Below are positions 13,362 to 26,327 of a stretch of DNA of 64,000 bases, piece by piece. Made by a program: the position numbers and the translations under genes. The first letter of the stretch is position 1. Every line of letters starts with the position of its first letter. Under the pieces are notes generated by a model, which saw only the letters and a list, made by a program, of their open reading frames with translations, ran no database searches and was not told the DNA's origin. Source of the DNA: Callorhinchus milii (Eukaryota); the NCBI RefSeq assembly GCF_018977255.1, contig NW_024704742.1, positions 125,056,001-125,120,000 on the forward strand, in the 5' to 3' direction.

Positions 13362-14925
13362 GTTGACATCATCAACCTCTCCCTGTCATCTGGCACAGTT
13401 CCTTCCCCCCTCAAAACAGCTACTATCACCACCACCTTGAAGAAAACTTCCCCTGACCCATCACAGCTGTCCAGGTACCGGCCCATCTCAAACCTCCCTT
13501 TCCTATCCAAGGTCCTTGAGAGAGCCGTTGCCTCCCAGCTTTGCTCTTTCCTCTCCTCCCGCTCCCTCCATGAACTCCTCCAATTGGGTTTCCTGCTGCC
13601 CATAGCACGGAAACTGCTCTGGCCAAGGTCACAAATGACATCCTGACCATGAGCAACCAGGGCTCCCTCTGCCTCCTCATCCTCCTCAACCTCTCCGCTG
13701 CCTTTGACACTGTGGACCATTCAATCCTCCTCCACTACCTCTCCTCCCACCTCAAACTTCAAGGTTCTGTCCTTGACTGGTTCAGGTCCTATCTTTCACA
13801 CCGCCTCAACTTCGTTGCAGCAAACGGCTTCTCCTCCAGCCCCCGCACTGTATCGTGCGATGTTCCTCAGGGCTCTGTCCTCAATACCCTCCTCTTTACC
13901 CTCTACATGCTCCCTCTTGGGGTAAGACATGGGGTAAATTTCCACATGTATGTGGATGACACCCAACTCCATCTCTCTGCCTCCACCCACAACTCCAGGA
14001 CTACTGGTGTCCTGACCTACTGCCTGTCCGACATCAAGTCCTGGACGAGGGATAACTTTCTCCAGCTGAACATCAGCAAGACCGAGGCCCTCCTGATTGG
14101 CTCGTGCCAGTGCCTCCACACCTCGGACGCTGGCAACATCAGGATCCACAACTGCACACTCAACCTCACGAAGCCAGTCAGGAAGCTGGGTGACTTGTTT
14201 AACCCTGAACTGTCCTTTCTCCCCCACATCCATGCCATGACCAGCACTGCCTATCACTACCTCCGCAACATTGCCAGACTCTGCCACTGCCTCATCCCTC
14301 AGGCTGCTGAAGCCCTCACCCACGCATTCGTCACCTCAAGGCTTGATTACGGAAACTCACTCCTCATCGGCCTTCCCAACTCTTCCCTTCACAAGCTGCA
14401 GATCATCCAAAACTCTGCAGCTCATGTATTCTCACGCACCAGGCTCCGTGACCCCATCACTCCCACAGCCTTGCCGACTCCACTGGCTCCCCATCCCTCA
14501 GAGGATCGAATTCAAGATCCTCATCCTCACTCTCAAGGCCATCCATGGCTTTGCCCCCTCCTACCTCTCTGACCTGCTGATTCCCTACCAACCTGCCCGC
14601 TCCCTCCGTTCAGCAGGCTCCGGTCTGATCCATGTCTCTCGCCCGACCCGTCCTACCATCGATGGCCGGGATTTCAGCCTCTCTGCCCCCACTCTCTGGA
14701 ACTCCATCCCACAGTTCCTTCACCTCGCTTCCTCCCTTGCCTCCTTCAAGGCTGGCCTCAATATCCTTCTCTTCGATCGTGTCTTTGGTCACCCTCTCTG
14801 CCTTCCCTCACCCCTACACCACCCCTCCCCCGTGCTCATGTCCCGACCCCTGACTGTTCAGTGCTTTGGGACGTCCTCTCGACATGAAAGGTGCTCTATA
14901 AATCTAATTTTGTTGTTGTTGTTGT
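13362..14925 (+). mobile_element. 5'-truncated L2 LINE; frameshifted reverse transcriptase pseudogene
   Basis: YRPISNLPFLSKVLE, LSAAFDTVDH, VPQGSVL, YVDDTQL, FVTSRLDYGNSLL and LHWLPI spread over three frames (ORFs starting 13317, 13649, 14271). Ends in (TTG)n. Confidence 0.95.
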
Positions 14926-14977
14926 AGATGGACCTTGGTCTTCTTTCGCCTAGAAAATTTTTATATTGTTATATTCT

Positions 14978-15370
14978 TAATAATCCTTGCATTTGATATA
15001 GGAACTTTCACCTCAAGAGGACGTACCAAAGTGCTTCACATGATTTTACTATGGAGTGACTGCGTATTTGTAGGCAAACATGGCAGCCAATTCATATAGC
15101 AGTGTGGCACAAACAGCTGTAAAATTAATGACCAATTTTATTTGGGACATTGTTGGTCAGGACACTGGGGAAAAAATCCTTTGTCTTTTTGAATATGCCA
15201 TGGGATCTTTAACGTCCACCTGAACAGGCACATGAGACCTTGGTTTAACGTATTATCCAAAGGATAGCATCTGCGAACAATGCAAACCCATTCCCCAGCA
15301 TGGCACTGAAACATCAGACTCTGTGAGTTTAAATCCTGACATAGTTTTGAATCGACAACCTTCTGACCCT
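14978..15370 (-). mobile_element. Deu-domain SINE
   Basis: The + strand reads GCCATGGGATCTTTAACGTCCACCTGAACAGGCA (reverse of the Deu core), with tail and head remnants. Confidence 0.85.
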
Positions 15371-15979
15371 TGACTCCTTCGAGACCAATCTCAAGTCCCT
15401 CTTCTTTGACCATGCCTTTGGTTATCCTCCTACCCCTACCCATTTTGCCTTCCACCCCTCCTGATCCCAACCATCAGCTCGGTTGCAGATCCCTGACACC
15501 TTGGGACGTCCTCCTGACATGAAAGGCACTATGTAATTTCTTGTTGTTGTCGTTGACTCAGAAGCAAGAGTATCCTGTGAAGCACTTTGAATTGTCCTCA
15601 TAAAAGGCATATATCAAATGCAAGGATTATTAATTTTATCATAAACTGGATGATTTACGATTTGGGATTTGTCATTTTATTAACCTTGTTCGATTCCAGC
15701 ACATCATCCAGTGAATGACCATTTAAATAGTGAGCATGGATTTCATCAGTACATGAAATTCATTGTCACAACACTTATAAGCACACTGAAGCTCAACAAA
15801 TGATAATATTACTGATACTGATTTTGCCCAACACTACATTAATACTATCACCTTCAATGGGTTTTACATACTAATATTTGGCTCCACCAAGTATGAAAAA
15901 TTCCAAGGTCAATAGAAATCTTAACCAGATTCAAAGGCTACAAAATATAACAATAATATTAATATAATAATGTAAGAAG

Positions 15980-16430
15980 AAGAATCCTTGCACTGATCCA
16001 AAATCTTTCCCATTGGGAAGACATCTCAAAGTGCTTCAAGGGATCCATTGTCAAGTGTAATGACTGTGCATTTTGTAAGCAAATATGGCAGCCAACTTGC
16101 GCACAGCAATGCCCCACAAACAGTGAAGAAGTGAATGACTTTTTTTACCTGAGGCATCATTGGCCTGGACACTGAGAGAAATTCCCTTCTATTTTCAAAT
16201 GGTAATAATAATAATCCTTGCATTTGATATAGCGTCTTATCACATCTTCGAGACTTTTCAAAACGCTTCACAGCTTATACTGCAAAGTGAATTGACTGTA
16301 TATTTGTTATGGGTACTATGGGATCTTTACCTTCCATTTGAACAGGAACCTCAGTGGGATGGATCCTCCAGCAATGCAGCGCTTTCCCAGCACTACACTA
16401 GAGTGGCCAGCCTAGACTGTGATTTCAAAG
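15980..16430 (-). mobile_element. Deu-domain SINE with a nested SINE tail (about 16203-16310)
   Basis: Deu motifs interrupted by a second AATAATCCTTGCATTTGATATAGCG tail. Confidence 0.7.
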
Positions 16431-18434
16431 TCACGACAACAACAAGAACTTGAATTTATGTGGCACCCTTCACAAAAGATATTGTCTTAGAGCACTGAAT
16501 AGTGGTGAGGTTGGATGCTGAGCAAGGGAGAAGTGGTGGGGGGAGATGACCATAGGCATGGTTGAAAGAGTAGGTTTTCAGGGGGATTTAAAAATAGACG
16601 AAGAGTGGCTGATGTGGAGGGATTGAAGCAGGGATTTCAAGCCCTGTAACTTCACTGGTCAGAGGCGAGAGTGCTACCAACTAAGCCAGGTTGACACAAA
16701 AGCACAAACTTACAGTTCTCAGTTCAAGCCATTTTATCTGTATATTTAGTTTTGGCATCAGTTCAAATCACACCCATAGAAATCCACAGCACAACATAAA
16801 GCCATTTAGCTCATTTTGTTGGTTCTTTGAAAGAGCAACCTATGCAGTCTCATTTACTCCTTTTTAGATATCTACCAAGTTCCCTCTTGAAAGCTAATTC
16901 AAGGATTATTACTACAGTATTCATTTGGATCCTGCCTCAATCACCGACAGTCTTTAATTTTTTGTTAATGTGAGCTCTTACTAGTGCTCTGATCCTAATA
17001 TGTTCAGAATATGTTGCTTGACTGACAAGCTGGGGATAGTTGATCCATCTCTGTTCCTCCCTGGAGGGAGGGCTTGCTGTGAGACCAGAAGCTCATTAAT
17101 GTTACACCTGTTGTGGAAGCACAAGGACAAGCTTTAGAACATCGAACCTGAAGCCTGCAGACTACGCTAGTTACTTAATCCTCTGACAATCACTGTTAAT
17201 GCTGCAGTCAGTGGCTCTTGTCTCTTCTGAAGACCCTGGAGTATTGGTAGAATCCTAGCCTGCAAATCATGGAACCTGACATTGCACAGCACCAGGGAGG
17301 CAGAGCAGGTGGTAGGTCTTCAAAGCACTGCTTGCGACAGGACCAGCAGCTCATTAATGTTAAAAAGGCAGATGTCTGAATAAATGTCTACAATCATAAT
17401 TCAACTTCATTATTCATTATCTTTCCGTCCTTTTCACAGGCAACAATGATGATGTGATTTTGGTGGAACAATTTGACCAAAACAAAAGAGCCTGAATCAC
17501 AGAAGATGCTCAGCACTAAGATACCAGACAAATAAAGGCAAAGGACAATGTTCTTCAGGTAATCTAAGGAAGGGACAAGGGAAAACATGTATAAAGCAGA
17601 GGAGGGTATGGGGATACGGGGCAATAGTTGGAGGTATGATATAACACAGGCTAACACAATCCTGTAGTTCAATTTGAAAATGTCCCACAAGAAACAATTC
17701 CTCTGTCACTGGTATAATCAGTATCAACAATAATGGGAACATGAATCAAAGGAATAACCTGACTTCTCAAAAACTCCTGGAAAAATAGCCTGTAGGGGTA
17801 CAGGTGGAGATGGATTAAATCGGCAGAGAAAATGCTTGAATAACTTTATCAGTTGCATTTATTTTCACATGATCACACAAGAGGTTTGTGTGAAGAAGGC
17901 CCTTCGATCCATTTGATGTCATCCTTCCAGAATATCCACCCTATTGACCTGACTTGGGGCTGAAACCCACAACCTTCTGACTCAGAGGCATAAGTGCTAG
18001 GTTGATACACCTTGCAAGATATTGTCCTTTATGTATTTATTGAAATTGTCACTCTGTGTTTTTCAATCCTAACAATCTAACACTATTTCCATATAGTTCA
18101 GGATACTACATGATATTTTATATCAGTGATGCAATTTCCATGTTTCTTGACAATTGATGCACATGTGACTTGACACCTACTTTGTCGGTATCAAGTCATT
18201 CCTGCAAGAATTTTAAATTTGTGGTAAATAAATACATTTTTACTTATGACTACTGTATCTTATTCTAACACAATGCTCACAACTATTATTAATGTCTTTC
18301 AATTACTATTCTGTAATCTGTACTTGATACAGAATAAACCATAAAGGAAATGCAAGGAAATGAAACAACTAACACATTTGAATAAGATTTCATCATATTG
18401 ACTTGTGGTTCTTGCAGTTGCAGTTATAATACGG

Positions 18435-18655
18435 AGAAACTTCCTTCTCTTTTTAAATAGTGCCGTGAGATTTTTAACATCCACCTGATGGTTTAATGTA
18501 TCATCCGAAGGACACCACTCTGACAATGCAACACACCCCAGCACAGCATTGGAATGTCATCTTAGACAATGTGATTCCAAGCCCTAATGTGGGGCTTGAA
18601 CCCACAACCTCTGACTCAGAGGCAAGAATGCTACCACTGAGCCATGCTGGCACAC
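18435..18655 (-). mobile_element. Deu-domain SINE 5' part
   Basis: GGGCTTGAACCCACAACCTCTGACTCAGAGGCAAGAATGCTACCACTGAGCC (reversed head) next to the Deu core. Confidence 0.8.
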
Positions 18656-20369
18656 AATATAGTGTTGGGGACATGAAGTAAGCTGATGTTCACTGAGCAA
18701 AAGTAGCAGTCAAGGCGGGAGGGTTTGAAGAGGTCTCAGAAGTAGGGTAGAGCAGGACTTTCGATTAATTTAAAAAGAGAATGAGGATATTGAACTGGAG
18801 AGTGGGGTTTGTAATCGGTTGTTCTTTTATTACCTCTGAATGAATTGTGTTCTCTGTAGTTTTGCGTTAGTTTAAACCAGACACAACGTGAGAGAATATC
18901 AGAACGATCGTGAGAAATTCTGCACGAAAGATACATACAGTCAAGCTTCAGGTAATATACCTCTCAGGATTGCATATGCAAACCAAAATACATTTTCATT
19001 CAAATTCAATCAGATTTGCAGAATTTAGCAACTGAAAAGTACAGCTACAGATTCACGTCAGTGCTGCAGGGCATCAAAAGCTGCCTCATCTGGCACTTCA
19101 CATCAAGTTTACGCTTTAAGATGAAGGCAATAAATAATTCAAAGTGGTAATTTGACAGATGACTTTGGCAGGATTCTCCTCCCATTACTACAATCATTAG
19201 GCTGTAACATACAGCAAAAAAGTCTGGAGCTATCCAACAAATGGCCTACACTATCTCGTCCCTAAAGAGCTGTATTCTGCACAATTAGCTAATGAAGCAT
19301 CATGTACATTTTTTGTGCTGAGCATGTTACAAGGCTAAGTTACAAGAAACAATGCAACCTATCTGAAAATGGGAATAGAATCATCTACATCATGTCATTT
19401 CCAGCCCTTTGACAAGATTCTTCGGTGAAACCAGACTTAGTTTCTCAATTTCTGAATTCACTCCAACAAGTACACAGCCGTCCCTCATGCCAGTGTTGTG
19501 CACATCAGCCTCATGTTTATTGCATAGTTAGGGGCAAAAGAGAGGAAATTAAGCATAGAATAGCCTGCTGTTGGTACATCTGATGTTTGAGGCCACCAGG
19601 CTTGCAAGGATTCCCCAAACACAACCTTCATCTCCTGAAATCTGTCCAAAGCCCATAGAAAAACAAGCATGGTCATTGCAAACTAACAACAGTGCCATTA
19701 TTGTTAATGACCTTGTTAAACAGAAACTGGTTGTTCCCGACGACAAAACCAAAACCCCCTACTGGGCAATGGATGCCATAAAGGAGCAATTGATGTGATT
19801 TCAATTTCTTGTTACCATTCAGAAGTTCTCACTGCAGTGAAAGGTGATCGCAAGCACTTAAGAAATGAGTTTACATAACATAGGTATCCTGATAGCCATA
19901 CGTCTGCATCTTAGAAACAGTTACCATCTGTTACAGATAATGAATTCCTTTTGGTAAAGCCTATGAGAACCATCCATAACACAGTTTCAATAACTGAGAC
20001 TTTTCACTCAAAAAACATTACTTTTAGGGTTGAAGTTCAGCAATGTTAAACAGTCCCTGAATGCCACTTACTTCTAACAAGACCAGAATATATTTAAACA
20101 AATTCAGCATCTGTTGCCTACTGTAACATAGAACCATATAAATTCACAGAACAGAAGGATGTAATTTGGCCTATTGTGTCTGTACTAGCTCTCAAAAACA
20201 GCTATCCATCGGGTGAAATTAGAAACTGAGAAAGGAGTTTGTTCCACCAGATTTTAAAAATGGTAATTTATGGGCGTTTGTGGAACCCTGTTGGGTACAG
20301 ATTGGTTGCATGTTCACCTATGAATATGCAATCACTACACTTTATGAAAACAATGCCTACTCAGAAGAT

Positions 20370-20720
20370 TAATAATAATAATCCTTGCATTTGATATAGG
20401 AGTTTATCACGTTGTTGAGACATTTCAAAACGCTTCACAGAATATGTTGTAAAATGGATTAACTGTGTATTTTGTGGGTAAAATGTGGTAGTCAATTGCC
20501 CAGAGCAGTGTGTATTGAATGACCAATTTTTTTTGAGCATTTATTACTTCCGGAAAGCAATCTGCCAATTGACTAACAACTGGGTTTCTACTTACTGCTA
20601 GGTAAACAGATGTGTGTGGAGTAAGGAAATTTGTCTTAGGTTTCATCCTGCCTGGGAATCGAACCCAGGTTCTCTCGCTTGCAAGGCGAACATACTAGCC
20701 ACTGCACTAAGGGACTCCAC
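20370..20720 (-). mobile_element. tRNA-derived SINE, long variant
   Basis: Reverse-strand tRNA head, TCTGTTTACCTAGCAGTAAGTAG domain and tail. Confidence 0.85.
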
Positions 20721-21314
20721 TTTTAAAGGAATCTTCCAACTTTGAGCAAATTATCTGGGGCACTTAATCAAATATGGTTGAAAAGTGACTCCAGTGATAT
20801 GGCAATGGCATTCTGTTTGCTGGCAGGTGTTTGTCTGATACATCTATTTGATGCAAAGCAGATCGCCACTAATTCCTACAGCTTTTAACATCTAGCTTGT
20901 AAATCTCTTTCTTAGAGGAAACTAAGTTTTAAACCTTAAATAGAAACCTTAAACCATCAATTCATGCTTATACCCATTGTAGAACTGTGTGCTTAAATAT
21001 AGGGATTATTAAAATAAGTGTCTAAATGTATCATAACTATATGCAGATATCTGAATCCTGTCAATCAATAGTCTGCAGAGACACTTTATCTTTTGTATAG
21101 ACAAGTCTGCACTGCAACTTATCCTAATAGCAGGAGAGGAATTGAAATTGCTAAATGGAGGAGATTTCTTATAGGAAATTTACTAAGAAGTTTATGCGTT
21201 ATAATTCCCTCATGATATTTTTGCAGTTAAATGATATGTCTTGCCCATGCCATGTGCAATACAATTGAGAATTCATTGTATAGCATAAAACATATTGAAA
21301 TCTAACCTAAGATT

Positions 21315-21515
21315 GTATCTTTAACATCCATCTGAATAAGCAGATGGGACCTCGATTTAACAGTTCATCCGAAGGCTGGCACCTCTAATAATGCAGCACA
21401 CCCTCAGCATTGCACTAGACTGCCAGCCTAGATTATAGTTCCAAGTCCTGACATTGGGTTTGAAACATAGCCTTCTGACTCAGAGGCAAGAGTGGTACCA
21501 ACTGAACCAGGTTGA
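21315..21515 (-). mobile_element. Deu-domain SINE 5' part
   Basis: Deu core and head motifs on the minus strand. Confidence 0.75.
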
Positions 21516-21584
21516 AGGATAGTTTCTGTGGATCAGCATAACTCAATTGTGGTTCAGCAGTCAGGAGTCGCCTATTAAATAAGA

Positions 21585-21882
21585 AACAATAAAAATCCTT
21601 GCATTTGATATAGCGCTTTTCACGTCTTCTAGACGTCTCAAAGCGCTTCACAGAGTGTACTTAAAGTCAATTGACTGTATTATTTGTGGGCGGAATGCAG
21701 CAGTGTCCCACAAACAGTCGTGGATTGAAGTGACCAATTTATTATTGTTTCTTTTTCTTGAGGGATTCTTATCAGGCATGTGGAGTAAGGAAACTTGCCC
21801 AAGGTTTCGCCCCGCTGGGAATCGAACCCAGGTCTCTCGCTTGTGAGGCGAGTGCTCTAACCACTGAGCTACAGGACTCCAC
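21585..21882 (-). mobile_element. Young tRNA-derived SINE, short variant, with a near-intact cloverleaf head
   Basis: Head GGAGTCCTGTAGCTCAGTGGTTAGAGCACTCGCCTCACAAGCGAGAGACCTGGGTTCGATTCCCAGCGGGGCG, followed by a SINE body and L2-type tail. Confidence 0.9.
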
Positions 21883-22914
21883 AACCCATGTTAGGAAAAC
21901 AGCATTTTTAAACTCCATTGAATGGCATGAGTCTGAAATGTAAATTAGACAAGCTAGTCTTAAATGAAAAGGAACAAAGGATCTTCAAAATCTTAACCTC
22001 AACTGTTAAAATACACAGGACAGGATCACCTCAACTTGACCAAATCAATTTAACATAGCTTGGACAAAGGCACAGTTCTCAACAGACGTTTTATTCACAA
22101 ATAAAGTTGTGGTTTTAAGGTCACTTAAACAATACCGTCAGCTTTGTTAGATAATAATTTGAAAATTGTCTGATTATTTAATACTATTCAATAACTTGTA
22201 CTGTTTGATGCATGCAAAGATACATTGTGCAACAGATGCTCTTGAAAATAATTGAAACTGAAGCATCCTTTTTGTTGTGGAAACCATATTTCACATCTAT
22301 TGAATCTGTGCAACATCCCCTTCAACATTCGCTTCTGTGCTGCTCCAAGGAATAAATTGTGCCTTGTAAACCTGCAGCTTATTACCTTTCAAACTAGAAT
22401 ACTAAAGAACACTTGTGGCTAAAATACGGTGTTTCATAACAAAAGGATGCTGTGCACTATATTTGCAGTAAAGCAATATAAAAAACAATGGTCTGCCAGA
22501 AACCAACAAAACATTGAATATTACAGCTGAGTGTTACAGATTGACAGTATTAGAAAGAATTAGATATCCAAAGAATTGCTAAAATTAATTATTTGAGGTT
22601 TCTGTAAATTTAAAAGCAGATGTACTTATGTTTATTTCTGCTGGCTTTAGACATGTATGTAATGTGCAGATCTAAGCTGTACCTGTTTCTTTACTGACAA
22701 GGGGGAAGATCCTTTAAGTTCAGAGATAACTGAATTTGATTTCTTTATGTACGACTGTAAGACATACAAATGCATTTGTGATTTCTGTTTAATGTTTGGT
22801 TCAGACTTTTGTGATTGGTCTTGTATTTTTAAACAACCAGAGTACACGATCTATTGTCTCAGTTGTTGTTACATACAACTCCGTATCAAAGCTCTTGAGT
22901 GAATTTGACCTTAC

Positions 22915-23115
22915 TAGACAGGGCATTCCACATCCCAACTCTCTGTGTGAAAAAAATATTTTAAGCTCTCCATTCGTTCTTTTTGTGACTATCTCATATC
23001 TATCTCTGCTAGTCATTAACAGTGGAAATAGTTTCTCCCTATTTACCTTGTCAAAATACCTTGTAATTTTATACACCTCTAGCAGGTCTCCTCTAAGCTT
23101 TCTCTGCTCCAATCC
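22915..23115 (-). mobile_element. CR1 ORF2 C-terminal fragment
   Basis: Translates to EQRKLRGDLLEVYKITRYFDKVNREKLFPL...IFFSHR. Confidence 0.9.
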
Positions 23116-25002
23116 TAAGCCATTTTGGAAGTCAAAACCCTAAGCCTCAACGAGTGCTCAGTGTGCTGCATTTGACATTCAGCTGTTTATAAAATACAAA
23201 CAAATTCTGTAATGCTTCTAATTAACTATACAATTAAAGCTACTTCTAATTACTTTACAAATATATTACTTGCGGTTAGCAATATGCGGAAAATTAGACC
23301 CCAAAATCTTAAAAAATATAAGAAATTATAGGATTGCAACCATGAAAATACATTCAAGATTCCTTTTTTATGTACAATATACATTGACATTTTCTAGGTC
23401 ATTTCCCTGACAAGTCGTAAAGCTGCCATCAGGTGCAACTTTTCTTTTGAATCTTTAAAAGCATTAGCGAAGAGTCAGACTGTGTTTAATGTGATTTTAA
23501 AACCACTATTAGCCCAAGTAGTTTTGCTTAATCGACTGTGTGATAATGATCTGTCTCAAGTCATGAGTACAGACTTATACTTCCATTTAAAACTGTAACA
23601 TGTGAGATGAGTGTAATTTTAATATATTGTAACTATACAGCTTACCATTTGTAAACCTAGGACAGTAATTTACAGTATTCCTGCGAAGTCCATCGATTGC
23701 TCTCTCAGCTTGAGAGGGGCTATACCAAATATAAGATTATTATTATTGAATCATCAGCCTGAGCCTCTTCAGTATTTTGTTGAAGACTGCAGAGTGAAAA
23801 CTCTGGCTTAATTCACTAGTCACATCTTTTGACAAAAAACTTGCAGCTGGGTATGCAGAGGTTTGAGAAACAGATAAGGCAGATAACAACATACATTGGA
23901 TTTCCTAGTTTTGTCATCAGAAAATGGCAGACATGCTGTCCGGAACACTGACTGTCCAGCGCCTTGGGACGTCCTGCCAACGTGAAAGCTGCTATACAAA
24001 TATAATTTTGTTGTTGTTTTCTGCAAAGATAGGTAGAATAAGTGTACTTCTTCCTCTTCAGATCTTTGAAGCATCCTCCCAACCTGAAAGGCACAATACA
24101 AATATAAATTGTACTACGGTTCTATTGCATTGTAACGCCTTGCAACACATCCCAATATGAGAAATCTAGCTTACTCCGTCTTCTATCAGTCACATCACAT
24201 TTTTTAGCCACCCACTGAGCAGTCAGTTTGGGAGGTTTAAACGTAGAAATGATAATTCTTTGAAACAAAGTAATTCTCAGTTGGTAGCACTGTTATCTAT
24301 GAGTCAGAAGATTGTGGGTTCAAACCTCACGTTGGGACTTTGAATTTACAGCTTAGGCTAACACTTCAGTGCAGAGCTGAAGGAAAGTACAGAACAGCAA
24401 TAAACTTTGGGGTTTAAGATATCAATAAAGAAGAAGGGACAAGATCAATGCTTTGAACTAAGGTTAAAACAATTTGGAATTGAACAGATAGAGAACAATG
24501 ATCTTTTCCTAGGTCTGCATATAGCTATGTTCCAGAATCTGTGGAAAATGGTTAAATGTTATACTTTAGAAATAATGCCTATTAAACTGTTGTTTATTAG
24601 TTACTAATTGTGTAGCGATATAACACAATTTACATTTATGTAACACATCACATGTCAGGAGGACATCTCAAAGCACTTTCCACAAATGGGGAGGACTCCC
24701 GAGCCTCAGTTCTTCCCAGTTGCACAATCCCATTTTAGGTAAACGCCCACTATGCCGTTCATGAATGCGGCAACCCACAAACAAAGTTATTAATGATTAC
24801 AAGGCTGCTACGTTTTGAGTTCAGATGATGGCTGTAATTTGCTTGATCTTCTTTCTTGTTGTTGATGGTCATCTCACGGTACCTTTTAATTGCTCCTGGA
24901 TTCCTGTTATTCATAGATCTATTGAAAATACAGCTCAGAAACAGGCCATTCAACCTGGCTGGTGCTTATACTCCACATGGGTGGAGTATAAGCACCAGCC
25001 AG

Positions 25003-25329
25003 ACTGGATGTACAAGCAGCAGAAAAGCTTGTCAGACAGCAATATCAATGGCAAGCTATTCACTTTTAGCTGGTTAGACTCTATCAATACCCCAACACAA
25101 ACTCTGGGGTCCTCAAGCCTTGGCTCTTGTCAACCTGCACCTAATATTTTCCGGTATTAGGTAAGCAGGATGTGTCCCTCCAAGGAGAGAGTATGTATTC
25201 CATTCCAGCAATCTATATCTGTAATTTCCATGTGTAGGTGGAAGGTATGGAATTCTCAGTTTGGTTTGGATTATATCAAGCACGGTGATGGGTTTCCGCA
25301 TGTGTACACACCTGGCTGACCCGAACAAA
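25003..25329 (+). mobile_element. Unnamed non-LTR family, copy 1 (3' end)
   Basis: Homologous to 30675-30930 and 46190-46420. Ends CACCTGGCTGACC followed by an A-rich stretch. Near-TSD TCCACWTGGGT at 24972-24982 / 25330-25340. Confidence 0.75.
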
Positions 25330-26117
25330 TCCACTTGGGTTCACATTCTAGACCCTGTCTCTTCTGTATTTAGGAATTATTGTTTGATGGCAGATTATTT
25401 CAAGTGTCAGAATAAAAATAAAGCTGTTGACAGTAATTTGTGCAGTTGTTATCAATCAATGCACAAGAGGTACCAGTCAGCCCCAGCTAAAGCAAATCAG
25501 TAATACAGAAAGAATAAGAAGCTTTAGCAGGTCACTTCTTGAAAAATACATTGAGTTTGAATGCAATATTTATAGAGACCATCAGAGTGAGTACTAAATG
25601 CAGACAGTATGCAGGGGTTTGAAGCTTTTACTCTTAAAATATTAGACATGTTTTTACATTTCAGCACCTAAGGAGACTCCTTAGCCCAAAGATTCACAGA
25701 ATACAGATTTGTATTATTAATATTAGAACTAATTCTTTGAATATATAAGGCCTTATCATTCACCCAGCTTAAGACTTTAAGAAATAAGATGAAACAGAAT
25801 TCTGTGAATTCAGTCTTAATTTACAGTATATCTTGCAAAAAGCTTTGAGATGTGTTCTCAACATGAAATATGCAATACCAAATGTAAGGATTATTATTAC
25901 TAAATTCACCTGCTACACCAATTAAAAATTGGATTTAAATTTACAGATTTGAAGAACAAAAACAATCTGGCACAAAGTTCAAAGCAGTAATTGGACTCAG
26001 CTCCTGCTCATGTTCAGAAGTCAACTATCACCATATAACTCAATTGAACTTGTAAGTAATGCTGGCCATCTGTTATCCGATATGCAATGTGTTATTGAAG
26101 ACATTTCTCAGTTAGAT

Positions 26118-26183
26118 TTGAATATGTATGTATGTAGGTAGGTAGGTACGTACGTACATAAGAACGTACGTACATGTATATGC

Positions 26184-26214
<31 letters not shown>

Positions 26215-26327
26215 CATACATACATACATACATACATACATACATACATACATACATACATACATACACGTATGTATGTAAGTATATATGTATGTATGTA
26301 TGCATGCGTATGTATAAGCATATTCAA
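26118..26327. repeat. Compound (TATG)n/(CATA)n microsatellite with inverted blocks
   Basis: About 21 TACA units flanked by TATG, TAGG and TACG runs of opposite polarity. Confidence 0.95.

Noticed and set aside
21807..21878. Genuine tRNA-Val(CAC) gene
   Set aside because: It continues directly into a SINE body and L2-type tail, has divergent sister copies in the window, and has a mismatched first acceptor pair.
26108..26305. ORF with repeating MYVC
   Set aside because: It is the translation of a tetranucleotide microsatellite.
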